Below are positions 24,027 through 32,730 of a stretch of DNA of 64,000 nt, piece by piece. The position numbers were made by a program, and so were the translations under genes. The first letter of the stretch is position 1, and every line of letters starts with the position of its first letter. The DNA is from an uncultured Verrucomicrobiota bacterium (GTDB lineage Bacteria; Verrucomicrobiota; Kiritimatiellia; CAIVKH01). Where the stretch lies: positions 3,541 to 67,540 of the forward strand of contig CALKUH010000045.1 of assembly GCA_937996795.1 (NCBI GenBank). The letters are read 5' to 3'. Below the pieces are notes generated by a model. That model was not told where the DNA came from. It worked only from the letters and a program-made list of their open reading frames with translations, and did no database searches.

Positions 24027-24754
24027 GCAGGGAATCGGTTGAAATCCAGAAGGAGCTGTTCGCGGAGAAGAAGTCCGCGTTGGCGAAGTATCGCGACCTC
24101 GTGGTGGGGCGCGCGGGGTTGTTCGCGCTGTTGACGTACGAACTGGTCACGGCGTTCAGCTATGTGCCGGGCGCGCTGGGGCTGTTCCTGCGCAGCAAGC
24201 TGTATCCGTGCCTGCTCGGGGCGTGCGGGCGCGGCGTGGTGTTCGGAACGGGCGTGGTGCTGCGGCATCCGCACAAGATCCGCCTGGGCGACAACGTGGT
24301 GGTGGACGACCACTGCGTGCTCGATGCGAAGGGGCAGTCCAACGCGGGCATCACCGTCGGCAGCGGCGTCTTCATCGGCCGCAACACGATCCTGAGCTGC
24401 AAGAACGGCGACATCGTGCTCGGGGACCAGGTGAACATCGGCTTCAACTGCGAAATCTTTTCCGGCGCGCGGGTGGAGCTCGGCGCGCGGGTGATGCTCG
24501 CGGCGTACACCTACATCATTGGCGGAGGCCATGCGTATGACCGGATTGATGTGTCGCCGCTGGAGCAGGCGCGCACGGCGGTGGGCGTGACGGTGGGCGA
24601 GGGGGCGTGGCTGGGCGCGGGCGTGAAGGTGCTGGACGGCACGTCCGTCGGCGCGCATTCGATCATCGGCGCGGGCGCGGTGGTGACGCGGGACATCCCG
24701 CCGCAGTCCATCGCGGCCGGCGTGCCCGCCGCGGTCGTGCGGAGCCGGACGTAA
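24023..24754 (+). CDS. Hexapeptide-repeat acyl/acetyltransferase (WcaF/LacA-like)
   Basis: Left-handed beta-helix hexapeptide repeats are present. There is an ATGA overlap. Confidence 0.75.
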   Translation: MSRESVEIQKELFAEKKSALAKYRDLVVGRAGLFALLTYELVTAFSYVPGALGLFLRSKLYPCLLGACGRGVVFGTGVVLRHPHKIRLGDNVVVDDHCVLDAKGQSNAGITVGSGVFIGRNTILSCKNGDIVLGDQVNIGFNCEIFSGARVELGARVMLAAYTYIIGGGHAYDRIDVSPLEQARTAVGVTVGEGAWLGAGVKVLDGTSVGAHSIIGAGAVVTRDIPPQSIAAGVPAAVVRSRT

Positions 24755-25887
24755 TGGACGCGCAAGGCCGACATACGATCCTGCATCTGTGCGAGCATTT
24801 TGGCGGCCGGGAGGCGACGCTGCACGGCGTCGCGCGCGCGTTCCAGTGGTGGCTTCCGAATTACGACGCGTCGCGGTTCCGCGTGCTGCTGTGCAGCCGC
24901 AAGGGGTGGGACAAGGCGGCGGAGCAGATGAAGGCGGCGGGCACGACGCCGTTTACGCTCGGCTACGGCAAGATGGATCCGCGCAACCTGGTCGCGCTGG
25001 CGCGGCTGATCCGCCGCGAGCGGGTGGACCTGATCCACGCGCACGGCTACGGCGCGTGCACATGGGGGCGGATCGCGGGGCTGCTGTTCCGCAAGCCGGT
25101 GATTGTGCACGAGCGCTGCAACTACCACACCGTGCCGCTCTACCAGCGCCCGGTGGAATGGCTGCTGGCGCCGTTCACCGCGCACGCGTTCGCCGTGTCG
25201 GAGTCCACGCGCCAGTTCTGCATCCACAAACGATACCTCAAGCCGGAGCGCGTGGAGACGCTGTACAACGGGATCCTGCTGACCGATTTGCCGGAGGCGA
25301 CGCCGGATTGGAAGGCGCAGTTGCGGGAAATGTTCGGCACCGCGGGTGATGCGCCGCTGCTGGGCATCGTGGGCCGCATTGAAAGCCACAAGGGGCACGT
25401 GGACGCCTTGCGCGCGCTGAAGGTGTTGCTCCAGACGCATCCGCGCGCGCGGTTGTGGATTGTCGGCGATGGCGCCTACGAACCGGAGGTGCGCCGGTTT
25501 GTGGCGGAGCAGGGCTTGGGCGATTCGGTGAAGTTCCTCGGCTTCCGGCGCGACGTGCGGCAGGTGATCCAGTGCTTTGACGCGCAGATTTTTCCGAGCC
25601 ACCAGGAGGGCACGCCGAACACGTTGTACGAGGCGATGCTAGCGGGGGTGCCGCCCGCGGCGTCCACGGCGGACGGGCAGGGGGAGATCCTGGAGCACGA
25701 GAAGACCGCGCTGTTGTTTGAGCCCGGCGACCACGCGACCCTGGCGAAGCATCTCGCCCGCCTGCTCGACGACCCCGCGCTGCGCCAGCGCCTCGGCGCC
25801 GCCGTGCGCGCGCGCATCGCGGATTTCGACGGCCGCCGCTGCATCCAAAAAATGGAGCAGACCTACACCCGCCTGCTCGGCGGGTAG
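24754..25887 (+). CDS. Glycosyltransferase family 4 (GT-B)
   Basis: It has the EGTPNTLYEAM glycosyl-transferase C-terminal motif. There is a TAATG overlap. Confidence 0.75.
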   Translation: MDAQGRHTILHLCEHFGGREATLHGVARAFQWWLPNYDASRFRVLLCSRKGWDKAAEQMKAAGTTPFTLGYGKMDPRNLVALARLIRRERVDLIHAHGYGACTWGRIAGLLFRKPVIVHERCNYHTVPLYQRPVEWLLAPFTAHAFAVSESTRQFCIHKRYLKPERVETLYNGILLTDLPEATPDWKAQLREMFGTAGDAPLLGIVGRIESHKGHVDALRALKVLLQTHPRARLWIVGDGAYEPEVRRFVAEQGLGDSVKFLGFRRDVRQVIQCFDAQIFPSHQEGTPNTLYEAMLAGVPPAASTADGQGEILEHEKTALLFEPGDHATLAKHLARLLDDPALRQRLGAAVRARIADFDGRRCIQKMEQTYTRLLGG

Positions 25888-25942
25888 GATGCGGCGAAGC
25901 AGATTCCCGCGAAACGCGCCAAGCACGCGTAAGGGACGATTA

Positions 25943-25951
25943 GGGGGGGGG
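25943..25951. repeat. Homopolymeric G9 tract
   Basis: Nine consecutive G are read directly, 18 bp upstream of a TTGACA hexamer. Confidence 0.9.
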
Positions 25952-25968
25952 CGTTCCGGCCAGGCCTG

Positions 25969-25997
25969 TTGACAAAAGGCACACGTAAGGATAGCTT
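25969..25997 (+). promoter_or_regulatory. Putative sigma70-like promoter of brnTA. TTGACA, a 17-bp spacer, then TAGCTT. It would give a near-leaderless transcript.
   Basis: The hexamers are read directly. The ATG lies about 9 bp downstream of the -10 element. Confidence 0.3.
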
Positions 25998-26005
25998 GTC
26001 TGTTG

Positions 26006-26275
26006 ATGAGCGAGTACGACTGGAATGACGATAAAAACGCCCTTCTGGAGCGGACTCGTGGTGTTTGCTTCGAAGACGTATTGGTGTGTATTGAAAACGG
26101 TGACGTCCTTGACGTTATGTTTCATCCCAATCGCGAGCGGTATCCGGATCAGTATGTTATCGTCCTAAAAATGGCGGATTACGTTTGGCTCGTGCCATAT
26201 ATAAAAACCAGAGGAGTGCGTTTTCTGAAGACGATCATTCCAAGTCGCAAGGCCGCGAGGGAGTACCTGTCATGA
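26006..26275 (+). CDS. brnT: BrnT-family (DUF497) ribonuclease toxin
   Basis: YDWNDDKNALLERTRGVCFEDV matches the BrnT N-terminal signature. The gene is low in G+C. Confidence 0.75.
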   Translation: MSEYDWNDDKNALLERTRGVCFEDVLVCIENGDVLDVMFHPNRERYPDQYVIVLKMADYVWLVPYIKTRGVRFLKTIIPSRKAAREYLS

Positions 26276-26553
26276 ACAAGACGCCAGCGTTGGACAAGGA
26301 AGAGCTGCAGATCCTGGAAGACTTCGAACGGGGCGAGTTCAAGCGCGTGCCGAACTTCCCCGCGGAGAAACGGGCTCTTGAGGATGCGGCTCGGAATACC
26401 CTGCAGAAGGATCGTCGCATCAACATTCGCATCTCGTCGCGCGATCTGGCGCGCATTCAGATGCGAGCGGCCCGGGAGGGCATGCCCTACCAGACGTACA
26501 TTTCCAGCACGTTGCACAAGCTGGTGTCCGGCAGATTGCAGGAACGAGCCTGA
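26272..26553 (+). CDS. brnA: BrnA antitoxin (RHH/CopG-like)
   Basis: Its C-terminal RINIRISSRDLARIQMRAAREGMPYQTYISSTLHKLVSG resembles BrnA. Its ATGA overlaps the brnT stop. Confidence 0.7.
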   Translation: MNKTPALDKEELQILEDFERGEFKRVPNFPAEKRALEDAARNTLQKDRRINIRISSRDLARIQMRAAREGMPYQTYISSTLHKLVSGRLQERA

Positions 26554-26630
26554 GCCGCACCCGGACGCGGGTCGGTCCTTGATTGGGCGGGGGGAGTGGG
26601 ATAGGCTCGCGGGTCTTTTTGAGATGACCC

Positions 26631-27593
26631 ATGAGAATTCTGTCCGGCATTCAACCTTCGGGGCGGCTTCACCTGGGCAACTACTTTGGCATGATGCGGC
26701 CGGCCATTGAGTTGCAGGACCGGGGGGAGGCGTTCTATTTCATCGCGAACTACCACGCCCTGACGACGGTCACGGATGCGGAGGCGCTGCGGCGCGGCAC
26801 GCTGGATGTCGCCCTTGATTTCCTGGCCTGCGGGCTCGATCCGGCGCGGACGGTGTTTTACCGGCAGAGCGATGTGCCGGAGGTGACGGAATTGACGTGG
26901 TTGCTGTCGGTGATCACGCCGATGGGGCTGCTGGAGCGCTGTCACTCCTACAAGGACAAGATCGCGAAGGGCATTGCGGCGTCGCATGGCCTGTTCGCGT
27001 ATCCGGTGTTGATGGCGGCGGACATCCTCGCGGTGCAGGCGGACCTGGTGCCCGTGGGGCGCGACCAGAAACAGCATGTGGAGGTCACGCGCGACGTGGC
27101 GATCAAGTTCAACAACCAGTACGGCGAGGTGTTCCGGATCCCGAAGGAGGAGATCCGCGAGGATGTCGCCGTGGTGCCGGGGCTCGACGGCCAGAAGATG
27201 TCGAAGTCCTACAACAACACGATCGAGATTTTCGGGGACCCGAAGGAGACGCGCGCGCGCATCATGCGCATCGTGACCGACAGCAAGGGCGTGGCCGACG
27301 CGAAGGACCCGGACACCTGCAACGTGTTCGCGTTGTACCGGTTGTTCGCGACGCCGGAGGAGCGCGAGGCGATGGCCGCGCGGTACCGCGCGGGCGGCAT
27401 GGGGTACGGCGACGCGAAGAAGGCGCTGCACGAGAAGTTCGAGGCGCATTTCGGCCCGCTGCGCGCGAAGCGCGCGGAGCTGGCGGCGAAGCCGGAGTAC
27501 GTGGAGGACATCCTGCGGCGTGGCGCGGCGCGCGCACGCGCCGAGGCGGTGGCGACGTTGAAAAAGGCCCGCGCGGCCATGGGGCTCGACTAG
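26631..27593 (+). CDS. trpS: Tryptophan--tRNA ligase
   Basis: It has the class I HLGN (HIGH-type) motif and the KMSKS motif. Confidence 0.9.
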   Translation: MRILSGIQPSGRLHLGNYFGMMRPAIELQDRGEAFYFIANYHALTTVTDAEALRRGTLDVALDFLACGLDPARTVFYRQSDVPEVTELTWLLSVITPMGLLERCHSYKDKIAKGIAASHGLFAYPVLMAADILAVQADLVPVGRDQKQHVEVTRDVAIKFNNQYGEVFRIPKEEIREDVAVVPGLDGQKMSKSYNNTIEIFGDPKETRARIMRIVTDSKGVADAKDPDTCNVFALYRLFATPEEREAMAARYRAGGMGYGDAKKALHEKFEAHFGPLRAKRAELAAKPEYVEDILRRGAARARAEAVATLKKARAAMGLD

Positions 27594-27594
27594 C

Positions 27595-28326
27595 ATGTCC
27601 GGACGCGACGAATACAAGCTGCAGCTCGACGTGTTCGAGGGGCCGCTCGACCTGCTGTTGTACCTGATCAAGCGGGATGAGCTGGACATCTACAACATCC
27701 CGATCGAGCGGGTGACGCAGCAGTACATGCAGTACCTCGACACGATGCAGATGCTCGACCTGAACATCGCGGGCGAGTTCCTCGTGATGGCGGCGACGCT
27801 GATGATGATCAAGAGCCGCATGCTGCTGCCGGTGGAGGAGCGCCCGGAGCTGGAGCCGGAGGAGGAGGACCCGCGCTGGGACCTCGTGCGGCAGCTCGTC
27901 GAGTACAAGAAATTCAAGGACGCGGCGATGCACCTCGAGGAGCTGGCGTTGCGGCGCGAAGGCGTGTTCGCGCGCGAGGGCGACCATGTGCATCTCGGCG
28001 CGGAGCCGGATGTCGCGCTGAACGATGTCAGCATTTTCGACCTGATCTCGGCGTTCAACGAGGCGCTGAAGAAGGCGCCGAAGGAGAGCGTCGCGGAGCT
28101 GTTCGCGGACCGGTACACGGTGGCGGAGAAGGTGGACTACCTGTCGAAGCTGCTGGTGGAGCGGCGCTCGGTGCGGCTGGGCGAGGTGTTGCGCGGGATG
28201 CAGCATCGCTACGAGATGGTGTGCACGTTCCTCGCGGTGTTGGAACTGATCCGCCTGAAGCAGTTGCGCGCTGTGCAGGATCGGGTGTTTGGAGACATTG
28301 AACTGGTGGCCGCCGACGCGGTGTAG
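27595..28326 (+). CDS. scpA: Segregation and condensation protein A
   Basis: It has the YKLQLDVFEGPLDLLLYLIK ScpA N-terminus. Confidence 0.85.
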   Translation: MSGRDEYKLQLDVFEGPLDLLLYLIKRDELDIYNIPIERVTQQYMQYLDTMQMLDLNIAGEFLVMAATLMMIKSRMLLPVEERPELEPEEEDPRWDLVRQLVEYKKFKDAAMHLEELALRREGVFAREGDHVHLGAEPDVALNDVSIFDLISAFNEALKKAPKESVAELFADRYTVAEKVDYLSKLLVERRSVRLGEVLRGMQHRYEMVCTFLAVLELIRLKQLRAVQDRVFGDIELVAADAV

Positions 28327-28342
28327 CCTGGGAGGATCGATT

Positions 28343-29185
28343 GTGACGGAGACCCACGTACTGCCGGAACTGAAGCAGATCATCGGCGCGATGTTGTTCG
28401 CGGCGAAGGGATCGGTGAGCCCGGGCGACATCCGGCGCTGCCTCAAGCTGGTGGCGGAGGAGCGCGGCGGCCCCTACAAGGATTTCGCCGAGGTCACGGA
28501 AAAGGAAGTGGTTGCCGCGATGGAGGCGTTGCGCGAGCAGTTGCGCGAGGCGCATGCGGGGGTGCACATCAACGAAGTGGCCAGCGGCTACCGCATGGAG
28601 AACGACGCGGACTGCGGGCCGTGGTTGCGGCAGTTGCTTCAAAAAGGGCGGGCGAACCGGCTGAGCCGTCCCGCGCTGGAGACCCTTGCGGTGATCGCCT
28701 ATCGCCAGCCCGCGACGCGCGGGGAAATTGAGGCCGTGCGCGGCGTGGCGGTGGACCAGATTCTGCGGAACCTGATGGAGTTGCAGCTCATCCGCATCAC
28801 CGGGCGCAGCGAGTTGCCGGGCCGGCCGTGGCAATTCGGGACCACGCAGAAATTCCTCGAATATTTCGGCCTAAAGGACGTGAAGGATCTGCCCGGCGTC
28901 GAGGAGCTGCGCCGGATGGAGGCGGAGCAGGAAGCGCGCAAGTCGGCGACGAAGGTCGAGGAGCCGGTGATGGCGCCCGCGGAGGAGGAGACTGCGAAAG
29001 CGGAGGCGCTCGAAGAAGCGAAGCCGGCGCCCGAAGCCGAGGATGAGGACGCCGATGACGGTGATGAGGACGAGTACGACGACGATGAGTTTGAGGACGA
29101 TGAGGAAGACGAGGACGACGACGGGGACGACGAGGACGAGGAAGAGGGCGATGATGAAGAAGAGTCCGGCGAAAAAGAACGCTAG
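28343..29185 (+). CDS. scpB: Segregation and condensation protein B, with a roughly 50-aa poly-acidic C-terminal tail
   Basis: It has an ScpB winged-helix core. The C-terminus is a D/E-only run. A GTG start is chosen. Confidence 0.75.
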   Translation: MTETHVLPELKQIIGAMLFAAKGSVSPGDIRRCLKLVAEERGGPYKDFAEVTEKEVVAAMEALREQLREAHAGVHINEVASGYRMENDADCGPWLRQLLQKGRANRLSRPALETLAVIAYRQPATRGEIEAVRGVAVDQILRNLMELQLIRITGRSELPGRPWQFGTTQKFLEYFGLKDVKDLPGVEELRRMEAEQEARKSATKVEEPVMAPAEEETAKAEALEEAKPAPEAEDEDADDGDEDEYDDDEFEDDEEDEDDDGDDEDEEEGDDEEESGEKER

Positions 29186-29696
29186 CGCGGGCGCGAAGAA
29201 GCTCGACGCGTTGCGGAAGAAGATTGACGTCCTCGACGGGCGCCTGGTGTCGCTGCTGAACCAGCGCAGCCGGATTGCGCAGGCGATTGGCCGCCTGAAG
29301 CACCGCGCGGGCGGGGCGTTGTATGTGCCGGAGCGCGAGCGCGACGTGCTGGCGCGGGTGCGCAAGCGGAACCGGGGGCCCCTTTCGAACAAGGCGCTGG
29401 AGTCGATTTACCGCGAGATCATGTCGGCGGCCCTTGCGCTGGAAGGCGCCATGGACATCGGGGTGTTGGGCGATGCGGCGGGGGTGGCGCGCAATCTCTT
29501 CGGCGCGAGCGCACGCTACGTGCCGGCGGGTTCGCCGTCGGCCGCGGTCGCGGCGTTGTGCGCGGGACGGTGGCAGGCGCTTTGCCTGCCGGAGGCGGCG
29601 GTGACGGCCGCATGTGCCGAGCTCCAGACGGGCCGGCTGCGCGCGTGTGGCCCGGCTGTGAACGGTGTGGTTGTCCTCGTGCGGGGTGGCGCGTGA
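29151..29696 (+). CDS. pheA: AroQ-class chorismate mutase followed by a vestigial prephenate dehydratase N-terminal fragment (a truncated P-protein)
   Basis: The CM helices LRKKIDVLDGRLVSLLNQR are intact. The roughly 85-aa tail resembles only the start of a PDT domain. The start is uncertain (ATG 29151 or TTG 29211). Confidence 0.55.
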   Translation: MMKKSPAKKNASAGAKKLDALRKKIDVLDGRLVSLLNQRSRIAQAIGRLKHRAGGALYVPERERDVLARVRKRNRGPLSNKALESIYREIMSAALALEGAMDIGVLGDAAGVARNLFGASARYVPAGSPSAAVAALCAGRWQALCLPEAAVTAACAELQTGRLRACGPAVNGVVVLVRGGA

Positions 29697-30802
29697 GCGG
29701 GCTCGTGGCGGCGGCGAAGCCGTGGGTGGGGGCGCTGGCGACGTATCAACCCGGAAAGCCGATTGAAGAAGTGGCGCGCGAGCTGGGATTGGGCGATCCA
29801 TCGACCATCCTGAAGCTGGCCTCCAATGAAAATTCGCTCGGCCCGTCGCCGCGTGCGCTGGAGGCCATGGCGCGAGTTGCGGGCCGGATGCACATCTACC
29901 CGGACGGCGATTCGTTCTACCTGCGCGACGCGCTGGCCCGGACCCTGAAGGTCTCCCGCGAGGAGCTCTTCCTCGGCCACGGGAGCAACGAAATCCTCGC
30001 GCTGCTGGCCCACATCTACCTGGGGCCGGGCACGAGCGCGGTGATGTCGCAGTATGCCTTTGTCGTCTACAAGCTCGTGACCGCGCTGTACGAGGGGGTG
30101 TCGATTGAGGTTCCGGCGCGCGAGTTTGGGCACGATTTGGACGCGATCCGGGCGGCGATCCGTCCCGACACGCGGCTGGTCTTCGTGGCGAACCCGAACA
30201 ACCCGACCGGCACGCTGCTGCCGGCGGAGGCGCTGTACCGGTTTCTCGACGCGCTCCCGCCCCATGTCGTGGCCGTGCTGGATGAGGCCTACATCGAACT
30301 GCTGCCGCCGCGCCAGCAGCCCGACACGCTGCGTTACGTCCGCGAGCGGAAGAATGTCTTCGTGTTGCGCACGTTCTCCAAGGCGCACGGGCTGGCCGGA
30401 TTGCGCATCGGGTATGCGGTGGCGGCACCGGAGGGGATCGCCCTGCTGAACCGGGTGCGTCAGCCGTTCAACGTGAACGCGATGGCGCAGGCGGCTGCGC
30501 TGGCGGCGCTGGATGACGAGGCGCACCTGGCGCGCACGCGGATGATGGTGGAGGAGGGGCTGGACCAGCTTTCACAGGGGCTTGCGGCGATGGGGGTGGG
30601 CTATGTACCCTCCGCGGCCAACTTTGTCCTTGTGAAGGTCGGGAAGGGCCGTGAATACTTTGAGGCCCTGTTGCGCCAGCGGGTGATCGTGCGTCCGGTG
30701 GACAACTACGGGTTGCCGGAATACATCCGCGTCACGGTGGGGACTCGGGAGGAGAACCAGCGCTTCCTGGATGCGCTGGCGGTGGTGCGAGGGAAGGTCT
30801 AA
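29693..30802 (+). CDS. hisC: Histidinol-phosphate/aromatic aminotransferase (class II)
   Basis: It has the PLP-dependent HisC-family sequence including the FSKAHGLAGLRIGY lysine region. There is a GTGA overlap. Confidence 0.85.
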   Translation: MSGLVAAAKPWVGALATYQPGKPIEEVARELGLGDPSTILKLASNENSLGPSPRALEAMARVAGRMHIYPDGDSFYLRDALARTLKVSREELFLGHGSNEILALLAHIYLGPGTSAVMSQYAFVVYKLVTALYEGVSIEVPAREFGHDLDAIRAAIRPDTRLVFVANPNNPTGTLLPAEALYRFLDALPPHVVAVLDEAYIELLPPRQQPDTLRYVRERKNVFVLRTFSKAHGLAGLRIGYAVAAPEGIALLNRVRQPFNVNAMAQAAALAALDDEAHLARTRMMVEEGLDQLSQGLAAMGVGYVPSAANFVLVKVGKGREYFEALLRQRVIVRPVDNYGLPEYIRVTVGTREENQRFLDALAVVRGKV

Positions 30803-30805
30803 TTC

Positions 30806-31840
30806 ATGATTATCGTGTTGAAGCCGGACGCGACGGCGGAGCAGATCGCGCATATCGAACAGAGCATCAAGGAGTGGGGTCTGCGTCCGCATGTGAGCCG
30901 CGGCACGGAGCGCACGGTGGTGGGCGTCATCGGCGACGAGTCGCTGCTGGCGAGCAAGCCGCTGGACGTCTTCCCGGGCGTCGAGTCGGTCATGCGCATC
31001 CAGAAGCCCTACAAGCTGGCGAGCCGCGAGTTCAAATCGGCGCCGACGAAAATTTCCATTCCCTGGGGGCGCCCGGGCGGCGAGCCGGTCGAGATCGGCG
31101 GGTCGCGGATCGTGGTCGTGGCCGGCCCATGCTCGGTCGAGACGCCGGAGATCATGCTGGAGACGGCGCGCTACATCATCGCCGCGGGCGCGCGCATGAT
31201 GCGGGCGGGCGCGTTCAAGCCGCGCACCTCGCCGTACGCGTTCCAGGGGCTCGGGGTCGAGGGCCTGCGCATCCTCATGCAGGTGCGCGAGGAGACCGGG
31301 CTGCCGTTCGCGACCGAGGTGATGGATACGCGCGATGTGGAGATGGTCGCCGAGGCGGCGGACGTGATCCAGATCGGCGCGCGCAATACGCAGAATTTCT
31401 CGCTGCTCAAGGCGGTCGGTCGCACGCGCAAGCCGGTGCTGCTCAAGCGCGGCATCGCGGGCACGATCGAGGAATTGCTGATGAGCGCGGAATACATCCT
31501 GAGCCAGGGCAACGACCAGGTCATCCTCTGCGAGCGCGGCATCCGGACCTACGAGAAGGCGACGCGCAACACGCTCGACCTGAACGCGGTGCCGGTGCTG
31601 GAGAAGCTGACGCACCTGCCGGTCGCGGTGGACCCGAGCCACGGCACGGGCGTCGCGGACCTCGTTACGCCGATGGCTCTGGCGGGTGTCGCGTGCGGGG
31701 CGGATTTGCTGCTGGTCGAGACGCATCCGGAGCCGCAGAAGGCGACGTCGGATGGCGCGCAGACGCTCAACGCGGCGCAGTTCAAGCGCATGATGGACGG
31801 CATTTCCGGGATCGCCTCGGTGATCGGGAGATCCGTGTAA
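30806..31840 (+). CDS. 3-deoxy-7-phosphoheptulonate (DAHP) synthase, type I-beta, with an N-terminal regulatory domain
   Basis: It has a KDO8P/DAHP synthase I-beta core (GPCSVE, KPRTSPY) and a ferredoxin-like N-terminus. Confidence 0.85.
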   Translation: MIIVLKPDATAEQIAHIEQSIKEWGLRPHVSRGTERTVVGVIGDESLLASKPLDVFPGVESVMRIQKPYKLASREFKSAPTKISIPWGRPGGEPVEIGGSRIVVVAGPCSVETPEIMLETARYIIAAGARMMRAGAFKPRTSPYAFQGLGVEGLRILMQVREETGLPFATEVMDTRDVEMVAEAADVIQIGARNTQNFSLLKAVGRTRKPVLLKRGIAGTIEELLMSAEYILSQGNDQVILCERGIRTYEKATRNTLDLNAVPVLEKLTHLPVAVDPSHGTGVADLVTPMALAGVACGADLLLVETHPEPQKATSDGAQTLNAAQFKRMMDGISGIASVIGRSV

Positions 31841-31845
31841 CGCCC

Positions 31846-32730
31846 ATGCGCCGGATCGCGGTCATCGGACTGGGGTTGATGGGCGGGTCCATCGGGCTCG
31901 CCATCAAGAAGCGCCGCCTCGGGTGGGAGGTGGTCGGCTGCACGCGCACGCCTGCGCGCGGGCGCCAGGCGCTGCGGCGCGGCGCGGTGGACCGCCTGTG
32001 CGCGTCGCCCGCGGAGGCGGTGAAGGATGCCGACCTCGCGGTGTTCTGTGCGCCGATCCAGACGATTCCGCAGCTGGTCCGGGAGAGCCTGCACGGCCTT
32101 TCGCGCGGCACGGTTCTCACCGATGTTGGCAGCACCCGCCACTTTCTCGACACGGATATTCCCCGGCTGCTCAAGGGGACGGGCGCGGTGTTCGTCGGCA
32201 GTCATCCGGTGGCGGGCTCCGAGCAGCAGGGCATTGACGCGGCGCGCGCGGATTTATATGAAGGCGCGACGGTGCTGGTGACGGCGCCGTCCGGCGCGCC
32301 GGAGGCGGCGGTGCGGCGCGTGCGCGGGTTCTGGCGGCGGCTGGGCGGACGCGTGGCGATGGTGGACAGCCGTGAGCACGACCGCCTGCTCGCGCGGACG
32401 AGCCATTTGCCCCACATGGTGGCGAGTCTGCTGGCGTTGACGGTGGGTCGTATGCCGGGCCGCGAAGCGCTGGCGGGGTTTTGCGGGAGCGGATTCGCCG
32501 ACACGTCGCGGGTGGCCGAAGGTTCGCCCGAGGTGTGGCTTGATATTGTGCGCACCAACCGCTCCAATCTGGCCGAGGAACTGCGTGCGTACCGCGCCCA
32601 GCTGGACCGCCTGCTGGCGCTGCTCGACGCGGGTGATTTTTCAGGAGTCGAACACGTTTTGGAACATGCGCGCAGCGCACGCCGCGAGTTGCTGGCGGGC
32701 CGCAAACGCAACAGGATCCCATCAACATGA
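31846..32730 (+). CDS. tyrA: Prephenate/arogenate dehydrogenase
   Basis: It has the IGLGLMGGS Rossmann motif and a TyrA core. Confidence 0.8.
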   Translation: MRRIAVIGLGLMGGSIGLAIKKRRLGWEVVGCTRTPARGRQALRRGAVDRLCASPAEAVKDADLAVFCAPIQTIPQLVRESLHGLSRGTVLTDVGSTRHFLDTDIPRLLKGTGAVFVGSHPVAGSEQQGIDAARADLYEGATVLVTAPSGAPEAAVRRVRGFWRRLGGRVAMVDSREHDRLLARTSHLPHMVASLLALTVGRMPGREALAGFCGSGFADTSRVAEGSPEVWLDIVRTNRSNLAEELRAYRAQLDRLLALLDAGDFSGVEHVLEHARSARRELLAGRKRNRIPST

